Shown: piece by piece, positions 18,278-27,469 of the stretch | How the letters are laid out: every line of letters starts with the position of its first letter | Position numbering within the stretch: position 1 is the first letter of the stretch | Assembly: GCA_964606125.1 (NCBI GenBank) | Contig: CAZSFJ010000002.1 | Location: 1 to 48,221, forward strand | Length of the DNA stretch: 48,221 nucleotides | From: an uncultured Dehalococcoidaceae bacterium | GTDB taxonomy: Bacteria; Chloroflexota; Dehalococcoidia; UBA2979 | Direction: 5' to 3' | Program-made: the position numbers and the translations under genes | Notes under the pieces: generated by a model | What the model saw: the letters and a program-made list of their open reading frames with translations, nothing else | Database searches by the model: none | What the model was told of the DNA's origin: nothing

Positions 18278-18973
18278 ATGATTGAACACGTTTCAAATAG
18301 CTCTGCACAAGCGGCTCTGGAATTCGGACGAGACACCGAATCTCCGTCCGGCGTAGTCGAATCACTGCTTTTTGTGGCGTCAGAGCCGGTAGATGTTGCA
18401 ACACTCTCCCAAGCATTAAATCAATCTTCGAAAGAAACAAGAAAAATATTGTCCCTTTTAGCGGATGAGCTTGAGTCCACGGGACGGGGTATTAGGCTGC
18501 AAGAAGGCCCTGAGGGGATCACTTTGGTTTCGGCGCCTGAATACGCGCCAGCCGTCGAGAATTTCATGGGAATTGCTAGCAACAGAAAACTGTCTCGATC
18601 TGCCCTGGAAACTCTATCTATAATAGCCTACCGACAACCCACAACCCGCGGACAAATCGAGCATATCCGAGGAGTCGGTGCCGATTCTGCAATCGCTACA
18701 CTTCGCCTGAGAGGTCTCATCGAGCCAGCTGGAAGAGCAAGTGGGCCTGGACGCCCTCTGCTCTTTAGGACTACTCAAAAATTTCTTTCACACTTTGGAT
18801 TATCTAAAGCTTCAGACATGCCTGCTCTACCCGATCATATAGAGATCCCGATCACCGAAATCGCGGAGCAGCTGGGAATGGACGAGGCAATTATCGCCAG
18901 TACTATAAATGCCAATAAGACAGCCACAGAAATGGATAAATCTAATCTAGGCGAAGCTGCCGGAGCCGCCTAA
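18278..18973 (+). CDS. scpB: Segregation and condensation protein B
   Basis: ESLLFVASEPV and SRSALETLSIIAYRQPTTRGQIEHIRGV winged-helix motifs. ATG 18278 is preferred to TTG 18242. Confidence 0.85.
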   Translation: MIEHVSNSSAQAALEFGRDTESPSGVVESLLFVASEPVDVATLSQALNQSSKETRKILSLLADELESTGRGIRLQEGPEGITLVSAPEYAPAVENFMGIASNRKLSRSALETLSIIAYRQPTTRGQIEHIRGVGADSAIATLRLRGLIEPAGRASGPGRPLLFRTTQKFLSHFGLSKASDMPALPDHIEIPITEIAEQLGMDEAIIASTINANKTATEMDKSNLGEAAGAA

Positions 18974-19013
18974 CCGCGATTAAGCACTCACCCCGGTTGG
19001 TTTAAACTTAGCT

Positions 19014-20276
19014 CTAATCTAGGGTCAAATCTGTTGAATCACGATCCAGCGCGTTAACCAAAATAGACATGTTTCCCGGAGCATGTCTATTCTCCATCAT
19101 GGCCTGATGCGCATCTCCTATTTGATCAAATTCGTACACCTCTGAAAGTACTGGGTCCACTGCACCAGACGCAACCATGTCGTTAAGACCACTACATTCT
19201 TCTGTAGTCGCAAAGTGTGAACCTTGTAGCCGCTTCTGTCGCATCCAAAGGTACCGCAGGTCAACATCAGCGTTATATCCGGTCGTTCCTGCACAAATGA
19301 CAACCATTCCACCGTTGTCGACCAAGAAAACTGACGTCGGGATTGTTCCTTCTCCCGGATGCTCGAAAACAATTTTCGGCGCTTTCCTCTCTCCGAGCAC
19401 CTCCCAGAACTTTTTTCCAAACGCCCTAGCACCTTGCATCCATTCGCCAAATGCTACGGCATCATCGACATCAGGTAATCGCCCCCAATGTGTAAACTCT
19501 GGATCTCGTCTGTTGATGACTCCTTGGGCGCCCAACTGATAGCACATTTCAAATTTACTCTCATCTGAAACCACAGCTATGGGTATACCACCACGCGCCT
19601 TCACAATCTGCAGAGCCATAACGCCAAGTCCACCAGTAGCCCCCCATACCAGAACAGGATCCCCCTCTTCCACCACATTCGGCTCCCATGACAACAGCTG
19701 ACGGTAGGCTGTAGCTCCGACAAGCATGTATGCACTCGCTGCTGCCCAACTCAGCTGTTTGGGCTTGGGGAAACACTGATAATGGTCAACCATTGCAAAC
19801 TGAGCGAATGATCCCCAATTATCCTCATAGCCCCAAATCTTATAAGTTGGAGAAAATGCCGGGTTTTCTCCGGCCAGAATCGCGGGGTCATTTTCATCCC
19901 AGCTTCCGCAAGAAAGTACTACTTCGTCACCCACTTTTACTGAATCCACGTCCTCACCAACAGCCCAGACGATCCCCGAGGCATCGGATCCACCTATATG
20001 GAATTCCTCTACTGCCCCTTGCTTCATCCTCGCCCCAATAACATCAACGGGACTACCCAAAGCGGCCCATACATTGTTGTAATTGACTCCTGCTGCCATG
20101 ACCCAAACTAGAACCTGATTCGCAGCTGGCGTGGGAACATCTATGACTTCCACTTCAAATGCGTCTTTAGGTTGGCCAAAGCGGCTGGGACGTATTAGTG
20201 ACGCATACATCTGTTTTGGCACGTGGCCCAACGGAGGAGTTTCTCCCAGTTCATAAAGATCTTTAACATCAGCCAT
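19014..20276 (-). CDS. ccr: Crotonyl-CoA carboxylase/reductase
   Basis: Near-colinear resemblance to Ccr enzymes: [91 protein letters not shown]. Confidence 0.85.
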   Translation of the reverse strand: MADVKDLYELGETPPLGHVPKQMYASLIRPSRFGQPKDAFEVEVIDVPTPAANQVLVWVMAAGVNYNNVWAALGSPVDVIGARMKQGAVEEFHIGGSDASGIVWAVGEDVDSVKVGDEVVLSCGSWDENDPAILAGENPAFSPTYKIWGYEDNWGSFAQFAMVDHYQCFPKPKQLSWAAASAYMLVGATAYRQLLSWEPNVVEEGDPVLVWGATGGLGVMALQIVKARGGIPIAVVSDESKFEMCYQLGAQGVINRRDPEFTHWGRLPDVDDAVAFGEWMQGARAFGKKFWEVLGERKAPKIVFEHPGEGTIPTSVFLVDNGGMVVICAGTTGYNADVDLRYLWMRQKRLQGSHFATTEECSGLNDMVASGAVDPVLSEVYEFDQIGDAHQAMMENRHAPGNMSILVNALDRDSTDLTLD

Positions 20277-20336
20277 GATTGTCCCCTTGCCAGCTAGTCC
20301 ACGATATTCGCCTAAGTGAATATAAGGCCTAGTCAG

Positions 20337-22679
20337 CTATAGCTCTATGGCTATATAAACAGCATCTTGCAGTCTGGTTAAGTCCGAAAAACCTGATAGT
20401 TTTTTTCCTGACTTGGACAAATAAAAAGTATCAACAGCAAGATTGCCAATAGTATCGACTTTTGCAAGATGAATGTTGAGATTCATCGTAGATAATGCTC
20501 GAGTAATCTGGTAGAGAATTGTGGCTCTGTCAGTAGTGCTTACCTCAAGAATCGTATACTGATCAGAGCTTTCGTTATCCAAAACTACAGATGGTTCCGT
20601 ACCGGTCAACGTACCTGCGGGGTATGACCTTAAGATTTCGGAAACTCGTTCTTCAATGATCATTTGATTAGCACCGTCAGATATAAAATGATCAAACAAG
20701 TGCCCCCATCTACTGGCCTCCAGCTCATTTCCAAGAGCATCTGCAACATGCCACACTTGGATAGCCAGACCGTCTGATCTGGTATAGGCCACTCCAGAAA
20801 ACACGCTCATGTTTGCCCCGGCGAGTGAGCCAGCTATATCTCGGATTAGTCCAGTCCGGTCGGGCATGACGACACTAAATCTATCAATACCGTTTATCGA
20901 ATCGAACCTCAGAGAAGTTTTCGACTGCGAAGCCATTGCTTCCCTACATTGTTCAATATGCAGGCCAATTAACGAGCTAGTAGTGCCGAGTAGGTAGCCC
21001 TCGTCAACTAAATCAAGATGTTCGATAACGGCAGATTGACTGTGTACTTCTTTGAGATCTTCCAATACCTTGTTACGTTTAGACACGAGAATCGATGATC
21101 CCCCAGAATCAAAAAATTCTTTAATACGCAGATATAGTGCCGTGATAAGCTGTGCCCGCCATCTGCTCCAAGTAGTCCCGCCAGTAGCACGAGCATCAGC
21201 CACGGTTACAAGGTAAAGGAGATTTAACGTTTCCACGTCTTCGAATAAACCCGCGATATCTGCCAATACATTCTCATCAGAAATATCTCTTCTAGTGGCA
21301 GTTTCGGGCAGCAGAAGATGATGTCGCACAGCCTTCACTATTCTTGCCTTTGACGAAGGGTCAATTCCAAACCGATCACAAATCCCTGCGGCTAATTCGG
21401 CTCCATAAGGACTATGGGTGCGACCTCTACCTTTCCCTATGTCATGCAGAAACACTGCTACCAATAGTTCCCAGCCATTACTCAATTCACTGAAAATTTT
21501 CTCAACCTCTTCGCTAAACTGATCTCCCTCGCTAATTAGTTTCTTCGCCTCAAGAACTGCGCGGGCATTATGCACATCGATCGGGTGGGTATGGAATGAC
21601 ACTCTGTGTGGCCGAGCTCGTAACGGTTCCCACTCTGGTAGTTCCTCTAAAAAAGAGTCATCTACGGGTAAAGGATCAAGTTCACCTCTTTGCATTCGTT
21701 CAGTAATACGATCTATCCCTGCCAGGAAGACATTGAGGCGTGATGCATCGTCGTCTGATATTCCGATGCTGGGTAATGATTCGTGAGATGTCCAATAAGA
21801 AGCACCTGAGTCTATTTTATGGATCGATTGCCGCAAAACTTTATCGACTGACCTCATCGCCGTGAACAGAGACTGCTGCCACCGAACAGGGTCTACGCCA
21901 AGCCAGTCCGCTACACGCTGTGCAATATCAGGATGCAGTAAATTAACGGTGCGAGACTGCTTCCCATGAATAGCATGAAGTGCATTTCGGGTAGATAGAA
22001 GTCTTGAGAGTGCATCGTCTAGTAACTCCTCGTCAATAGACGCACTATTCGCTCCACTGAGAGAAATTTCCAGGTATTCAAGCCAGCGAATCGTACTTAA
22101 GCTTCGAAGTCCACCTCTTCCCGATTTGATATCGATTGCGAGAGTTTGCCAAGGCTGCTTCTCGCATTGTCTGAAATATGAACGGGCCAATTCCGCCCTA
22201 ATTTCTCCGCCGTAACTTTCGAATATTCTTTGTCGCTCATTCTGAAACTCTTGCCAGATCGATTCTGAGCCTGCTACAAATCTCGCGTCTATTAGTGAAG
22301 TAGCAGTCTCGATACTTCCCAAAGTCTCTGTTTGCAGGTCCTTTATTTCACGAACTGAATGACCGATTTTGAAGTTCATATCCCATAGTGGATATAAAAT
22401 CTCAGATGCTAATTGCTCCTGACCTTCACCGACAATAATCATCAGATCTATGTCAGAAAATCGAGTTTGTTCACCACGCCCGGTACTTCCATGAGTGAAG
22501 ACAGCTAACGGATATTGGCCCTCTCGACTCTCTGCTTCTGAGACAAGTGACACTAACGCCTGATCTAACGAGCTCGTTAGATTAGAGCTCAATACTAATC
22601 CGGCTGACTCGTGAGACCTGGGTACGGTTTGATCGCGCAGATCCTCGAAAGTACGGAGTAAATCATTTGATCTAGACAT
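20337..22679 (-). CDS. glnD: [Protein-PII] uridylyl/adenylyl-transferase
   Basis: Nucleotidyltransferase motif GSTGRGEQTRFSDIDLMII, HD domain FLHDIGKG, and two C-terminal ACT-like repeats. It lies immediately downstream of glnK. Confidence 0.85.
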   Translation of the reverse strand: MSRSNDLLRTFEDLRDQTVPRSHESAGLVLSSNLTSSLDQALVSLVSEAESREGQYPLAVFTHGSTGRGEQTRFSDIDLMIIVGEGQEQLASEILYPLWDMNFKIGHSVREIKDLQTETLGSIETATSLIDARFVAGSESIWQEFQNERQRIFESYGGEIRAELARSYFRQCEKQPWQTLAIDIKSGRGGLRSLSTIRWLEYLEISLSGANSASIDEELLDDALSRLLSTRNALHAIHGKQSRTVNLLHPDIAQRVADWLGVDPVRWQQSLFTAMRSVDKVLRQSIHKIDSGASYWTSHESLPSIGISDDDASRLNVFLAGIDRITERMQRGELDPLPVDDSFLEELPEWEPLRARPHRVSFHTHPIDVHNARAVLEAKKLISEGDQFSEEVEKIFSELSNGWELLVAVFLHDIGKGRGRTHSPYGAELAAGICDRFGIDPSSKARIVKAVRHHLLLPETATRRDISDENVLADIAGLFEDVETLNLLYLVTVADARATGGTTWSRWRAQLITALYLRIKEFFDSGGSSILVSKRNKVLEDLKEVHSQSAVIEHLDLVDEGYLLGTTSSLIGLHIEQCREAMASQSKTSLRFDSINGIDRFSVVMPDRTGLIRDIAGSLAGANMSVFSGVAYTRSDGLAIQVWHVADALGNELEASRWGHLFDHFISDGANQMIIEERVSEILRSYPAGTLTGTEPSVVLDNESSDQYTILEVSTTDRATILYQITRALSTMNLNIHLAKVDTIGNLAVDTFYLSKSGKKLSGFSDLTRLQDAVYIAIEL

Positions 22680-22719
22680 AAGGCTAAGTTTACAGACTTA
22701 AAATACACACCGACACTAT

Positions 22720-23058
22720 TTAAATCGCGTCCGGACCGCGTTCGCCAGTTCGTATTCTGATCACGTCCTCGACGTCGACAACCAGTACCTTACCGTCACC
22801 TATTGCCCCAGTGTGTACCGATGCTTCTATGACGCTAACCGCCTCAGGAACAGTGACATCATCGACGAGAATCTCTATCCGAGTTTTTTGGACCATATCC
22901 ACTTCATATTCCGCACCCCGGTAAATCTCTTGATGCCCTGATTGCCTCCCAAACCCAGCAGCCTCTACTACTGTGAGGCCGCTGATTCCCGCTTCCCGTA
23001 CTGACTCAAGCACGTCGTCCAATCTATAAGGATTAATGTATGCAATTATCAGTTTCAT
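22720..23058 (-). CDS. glnK: Nitrogen regulatory protein P-II
   Basis: 112 aa with T-loop GRQSGHQEIYRGAEY (modifiable Tyr51) and C-terminal IRIRTGE. Confidence 0.92.
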   Translation of the reverse strand: MKLIIAYINPYRLDDVLESVREAGISGLTVVEAAGFGRQSGHQEIYRGAEYEVDMVQKTRIEILVDDVTVPEAVSVIEASVHTGAIGDGKVLVVDVEDVIRIRTGERGPDAI

Positions 23059-23091
23059 CGCGGGAATCAGCTCTCCTCACCTTAAAACAAT

Positions 23092-24306
23092 CTATTCCGT
23101 CAGCACGTATCCCTGCTCATTATGAAGTCTGAGGTCCAGGCCTTGCTGTTCATCATCATCACCAGCGCGAAGTCCAATCGTCCTATCAATAATCGTCGCG
23201 ATCACAAAGGTTAGTACTCCGGTGAATACTATTGCAATAAGTACTGAAATCAGCTGGATGCCAAATTGCTCACCGCCGCCGACACCGTCCACTGCAAGAA
23301 TACCCACAAGCAGTGAACCAACAACGCCGCCGACCAAGTGGACAGCAACAACGTCGAGCGAATCATCAAAGTTGAAAGTTGACTTTATTTTTAGAGCATA
23401 GAAACAAATAGCTCCGGCAGCCAACCCGATAATCAAAGCACCAAATGGGTCAACAAAGCCCGCTGCTGGCGTTATTGCTACCAGTCCTGCTACAGCACCA
23501 GAGGCGAATCCAAGTGTAGTTGTATGTCCGTTAACTAATTTTTCAACTAGCAGCCAAGCGGTCGCTGCTGTACCAGCAGCCACTTGTGTTGCCATGAATG
23601 CATCGGCAGCTGCCTGATCTGCCGCAAGTGCCGATCCTGCATTGAAACCAAACCATCCAAACCACAGAAGTCCAGCACCAAGCATAGTCAGCGGTAGAGA
23701 ATGTGGCCTCATCGCTCTGGACCCATAACCAAGTCTGGGACCGATCATTACCGCAAGTACCAGAGCTGCTACTCCGGCGTTAATGTGCACTACCAGACCT
23801 CCTGCAAAATCTAGGGCACCCAATTCGGCCATGTATCCGCCACCCCAGACGGCAGTTGTAAGTGGTACATACACCAGAATGGACCACACAATTATGAACA
23901 AGGTCCATGCACCAAATTTCATCCGTTCAGCAACCGCACCAACTATAAGCGCAGGAGTGATTATTGCGAACATCAGTTGGAACATAAGGAACGCGGAGTT
24001 AGGGATGCCTTCGACTATACTTGCACCGTCAGCAATTCCACGAAGACCAAAATAATCAAGATTACCTACAACTATAGTGTCTGATATCGTCATAGGATCG
24101 CCACCGATTAAGTGACCAAAAGCGAGCGATCCCCCGACTAATGTCCAGACGATTGTGATTACACCCATTGCAATATAATTCTTTAATAACATTGCAAGAA
24201 TATTCTTGGCTCGTACCATACCCCCGTAGAAAAATGCCAAACCAGGTGTCATCAGTAGCACCAAGGCACTACTCGTTAAGATCCACGCGGTAGCTCCACT
24301 ATCCAT
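23092..24306 (-). CDS. amt: Ammonium transporter
   Basis: Amt/MEP motifs PGLAFFYGGMVR, DFAGGLVVHINAG and VHLVGGVVG in a protein with about 11 TM helices. Confidence 0.92.
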   Translation of the reverse strand: MDSGATAWILTSSALVLLMTPGLAFFYGGMVRAKNILAMLLKNYIAMGVITIVWTLVGGSLAFGHLIGGDPMTISDTIVVGNLDYFGLRGIADGASIVEGIPNSAFLMFQLMFAIITPALIVGAVAERMKFGAWTLFIIVWSILVYVPLTTAVWGGGYMAELGALDFAGGLVVHINAGVAALVLAVMIGPRLGYGSRAMRPHSLPLTMLGAGLLWFGWFGFNAGSALAADQAAADAFMATQVAAGTAATAWLLVEKLVNGHTTTLGFASGAVAGLVAITPAAGFVDPFGALIIGLAAGAICFYALKIKSTFNFDDSLDVVAVHLVGGVVGSLLVGILAVDGVGGGEQFGIQLISVLIAIVFTGVLTFVIATIIDRTIGLRAGDDDEQQGLDLRLHNEQGYVLTE

Positions 24307-24464
24307 TTTCAGTCTCCTTTCAGACTAATTCCGAGTACGTGATCAAACAGAGCAGTACTCACGAATACACCTATAGGATCGGGTTCAATTGTTTCCTGGA
24401 GATTACATAAGCGGGAAAAATCAATTAATTCGCTGTAAACGTCTCGCTTCTTTTTGACGGCTGG

Positions 24465-25331
24465 CTACTCGGTAACTGGATTCGATATCAGAAGCTCAGT
24501 CACCGGAGTTCTACCGCTCCCTGTGGCGTTAATTGAACGTTTCGCACTTACTTCTTCAATAGTATAACCACGAAATGCACCCTCATAAATTCCACGTATA
24601 TAGTCCTGCCCGGAGTTGGAAACCAAGAAATTAACTCCCATATCGTCGAGCCGATCACATTCCGCGCGAAGATCAAGTTGTTGGACTCGGCCGAACCCTT
24701 CAGCTGTGTAACCAGTAAAAGAGGATGTGGTGGATATAGGCTCGAAAGGAGGATCAAAATATACGAAATCCCCGCTATGACAGTCTTTAAGAATTGACCG
24801 ATAATCTCCGCTATATATTTCGACATTGCCAAGGGCCTTTGACACAGAACGAAGCAGAGATTCATTAAGGATTCGAGGGTTCTTATATTTGCCATGTGGC
24901 ACATTGAACCGACCCTTTTTGTTGACGCGATACAGCCCATTGAAGCATGTTCGATTCAAAAATATAAACCGAGCAACTCGATCTACAGAAGCAGAATATT
25001 CCATATCTCTTTCTTCATAATATCGATCTGACCGACCGCTCTCATCCAAACCTAGGTATGCATCTTCCAGTATTCTTAATCGATCACACAGTAAGTCAGA
25101 TTGATCTCTAACAACTGAGAAAGCCTCCATCAGGGCTGAGTTTAAGTCGTTCAAAACTATTTTTTTAGGTGGATTCTCTCGGTTTAAAATACCGAATGTA
25201 ATTGCCGCCGCTCCACACATCGGCTCATAGAAAGAGTCTATGTGCTCTGGTATCCGCATTATTATTTCTTGCAGCAACTGCCTCTTACCACCTGCCCATT
25301 TGAGAAACGGTTGTAAATCGTTCTGTGACAT
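24465..25331 (-). CDS. dam: DNA adenine methyltransferase, Dam (D12 class) family
   Basis: FLKWAGGKRQLL (motif X/I region), FYEPMCGAAA (SAM binding), NRTCFNGLYRVN, and catalytic YFDPPF. Confidence 0.85.
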   Translation of the reverse strand: MSQNDLQPFLKWAGGKRQLLQEIIMRIPEHIDSFYEPMCGAAAITFGILNRENPPKKIVLNDLNSALMEAFSVVRDQSDLLCDRLRILEDAYLGLDESGRSDRYYEERDMEYSASVDRVARFIFLNRTCFNGLYRVNKKGRFNVPHGKYKNPRILNESLLRSVSKALGNVEIYSGDYRSILKDCHSGDFVYFDPPFEPISTTSSFTGYTAEGFGRVQQLDLRAECDRLDDMGVNFLVSNSGQDYIRGIYEGAFRGYTIEEVSAKRSINATGSGRTPVTELLISNPVTE

Positions 25332-26404
25332 TACGGTCTCAGGGAACTAAGCGGTGAAACACCTACCATCGTTGACGCCTCCAAGATTTGCTTCCAAGTC
25401 TCATCGTCGATTGGTATGCCCTGCGACAATCTCTCAGCCATTTGAATCCGTTCAGGCTCACCTGCAACCAACACTTCAGTGAAGCCCTCAGCAAATGGTG
25501 GTTCTTTGACGTAATTCAAAAGATCCCTGGATCTCTCAGACCACTCGGAGGAACTCATGAAGTTAGCAATGTTAATTGCGATCATCCATGTTCCGTTTGT
25601 TCCACGGACCGATTCTTGAGCTGAACCAGAACCGGACAATATCCCGCCAAGTAATTCCATTGCTATGTTCAGGCCGAAACCCTTATAGCCACTCAAAATA
25701 CCTCCGAACGGGAGCAATGCCCCTCTTGCTTCGACTGAGCCAGTTCCATAAAGATCCTTTGGATTCTCTGTCGCCCGACCTTCTCCATCGATCAAAACAT
25801 CGAATGGCACTTTAGCGCCTTTGTTAACAGCTACCTTCATTTTGCCTTCGGCTAAAACTGACGTGGCCATATCTAGCACGAAAGGAGTTTCAGGATTTTC
25901 AGTAGGGAAGGCGAACATAATAGGATTGGTCCCAGTTTTTCTTTGTCCACCTCCATACGCAGCCACTAACTGACCACCAGGATTATTCACCCCAGCCATG
26001 CCGATACATCCAGACCTACTCGCCATTTCTCCGTAATGACCGAGGCGTCCGATGTGACCATTTCCGCGTATGGTAACCATCCCAATCCCGGTTGTTTTTG
26101 CTTTTTCAACCGCCAAGTTCATGGCATGGTGAGCGGCTACCTGCCCAAGATTCATCCCTCCGTCAGCAACTGCTGTGGAAGGTGTTTCCTGAATGATTTC
26201 AAATTGTGCACCCACTATCGAACGCTTCTCAAGAATGCCCGTTATATATCCAAGAGTCCGTATTACCCCATGAGAATCGTGGCCACGGAGATTTGCGCCT
26301 ACCAAGTGATCGGCAATAATCTCGGCTTCACTGTCGGGACTCCCTGCAGCCGAGAAAATTTTCATTATGTAGTCTTTAAGTACTAGAGCATCGATTGAAA
26401 TCAT
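25331..26404 (-). CDS. Ldh_2 family (malate/L-lactate/sulfolactate-type) oxidoreductase
   Basis: LRGHDSHGV motif and typical size. ATG 26404, preceded by GAGAGGGGGAG, is preferred over ATG 26422. The stop TAA shares one nt with the dam ATG. Confidence 0.78.
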   Translation of the reverse strand: MISIDALVLKDYIMKIFSAAGSPDSEAEIIADHLVGANLRGHDSHGVIRTLGYITGILEKRSIVGAQFEIIQETPSTAVADGGMNLGQVAAHHAMNLAVEKAKTTGIGMVTIRGNGHIGRLGHYGEMASRSGCIGMAGVNNPGGQLVAAYGGGQRKTGTNPIMFAFPTENPETPFVLDMATSVLAEGKMKVAVNKGAKVPFDVLIDGEGRATENPKDLYGTGSVEARGALLPFGGILSGYKGFGLNIAMELLGGILSGSGSAQESVRGTNGTWMIAINIANFMSSSEWSERSRDLLNYVKEPPFAEGFTEVLVAGEPERIQMAERLSQGIPIDDETWKQILEASTMVGVSPLSSLRP

Positions 26405-26450
26405 AGCTCCCCCTCTCGTCATATATTTATTATCACAACACAGCTACGGA

Positions 26451-27254
26451 CTAATAGAAGGCGCTACCACCTGGCATAGTAGGTTCAGCACCTGTTGCTT
26501 CGCGAGTTTCATTAAGATCACCAGCGGCCCTCGACCTCATAAAGCCTGAGTCTGTGCCAAGAGTAACCATCTGAAATCCAGCTGTGAGCCATTTTTTTGT
26601 GAATTCGGCGCTACCGGTATGTATACCTGGAGTCACACCATGTTTGCGGCATGCCTCATAGATTTCCATCACCTTTGCCTCGTGATTGGGATCGTGATTG
26701 TCCCCAGTAGGCTCCATCCCAAGAGCATAGGCTAGATCAGAGGGACCTACATAGGCGGCATCAACCCCGGGTGTACTTAATATTTCATCGAGTTTTTCCA
26801 AGGCCTCGGCGGTCTCAATCATACACACGACAGCAATCTGATCGTTCGCACCCTTCTGATAATCGGCCCCACCATATATAGCAGCCCTAGTAGGGCCAGA
26901 AGACCGCCCTCCCTCAGGCGGATATTTACTCGCCCAAACCGCTCGCTCGGCCTCTTCGCGATTATTAACTAGCGGCACCACAACACCGTAAGCACCGGCA
27001 TCCAGCGCCTTCATAATGGTTGCGGGATCATTCCACGGAACCCGAACAAAAGGAGTGGTGGCAGTTGTCGAAATCGCCCGGAACATCTCGATTGAGTCCG
27101 CGTAATCTATTGCCCCATGCTGCATATCCACACATAGCCAGTCAAATCCCACATGTGCCATGACCTCCGCACTGTGGCCATCAGGGATGCTCAGCCATGC
27201 TCCAACTGTAGACTTACCACTTTTCCACGCTTCCAGCGTTTTGTTTACCCGCAC
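26451..27254 (-). CDS. HpcH/HpaI family aldolase
   Basis: VGAWLSIPDGHSAEVMAHVGFDWLCVDMQHG and MIETAEALEKLDEI motifs. The GTG start has SD GGGAGG 6 nt upstream. Confidence 0.8.
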   Translation of the reverse strand: MRVNKTLEAWKSGKSTVGAWLSIPDGHSAEVMAHVGFDWLCVDMQHGAIDYADSIEMFRAISTTATTPFVRVPWNDPATIMKALDAGAYGVVVPLVNNREEAERAVWASKYPPEGGRSSGPTRAAIYGGADYQKGANDQIAVVCMIETAEALEKLDEILSTPGVDAAYVGPSDLAYALGMEPTGDNHDPNHEAKVMEIYEACRKHGVTPGIHTGSAEFTKKWLTAGFQMVTLGTDSGFMRSRAAGDLNETREATGAEPTMPGGSAFY

Positions 27255-27469
27255 TAATAGCCTCCCTATTTTTATAAAACTAATTTAACGGCTGAATCTC
27301 TAATTAGAAATTGCCCGGAATCTGTCCGAATCGACAATCTCCCGAGGTATCAGACCTCCGAACCAGTATGCAGCATATTCGATCTAGCACCACCATGTGA
27401 ATCAGTCGGAAACAACGGCATGTTACACTCCCGTATGGTTAAATTAGTTATTGAGATTGGAGTCATCAA

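Noticed and set aside
18972-18998. A possible terminator hairpin, AACCG-N17-CGGTT, between convergent scpB and ccr.
   Set aside because: It has a 5-bp stem, a 17-nt loop and no U-tract, which is too weak to report as a feature.
24391-24406. A GlnR-box-like half site, GTAAT-N6-GAAAC (minus strand), in the amt leader.
   Set aside because: There is only one a/b half-box with a mismatch, and no second repeat at the expected spacing. A chance occurrence is likely in a 158-nt AT-rich leader.
24465-25331. An apparent GC dip in the dam gene, taken as evidence of recent horizontal acquisition. I hand-counted five 60-nt lines at 30-47% GC, against 50% in two lines of the adjacent Ldh_2 gene.
   Set aside because: Hand counts in clearly native genes give similarly low values (a yihY line at 38%, a glnD line at 33%), so local GC is too variable here to support the claim. 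It needs a proper sliding-window or codon-usage computation.
27361-27396. TTCGATCTAGCACCACCA in the HpcH/fbp spacer, which resembles a tRNA 3' end with CCA.
   Set aside because: No complementary T-stem or 7-bp acceptor stem is present upstream. The resemblance is coincidental.
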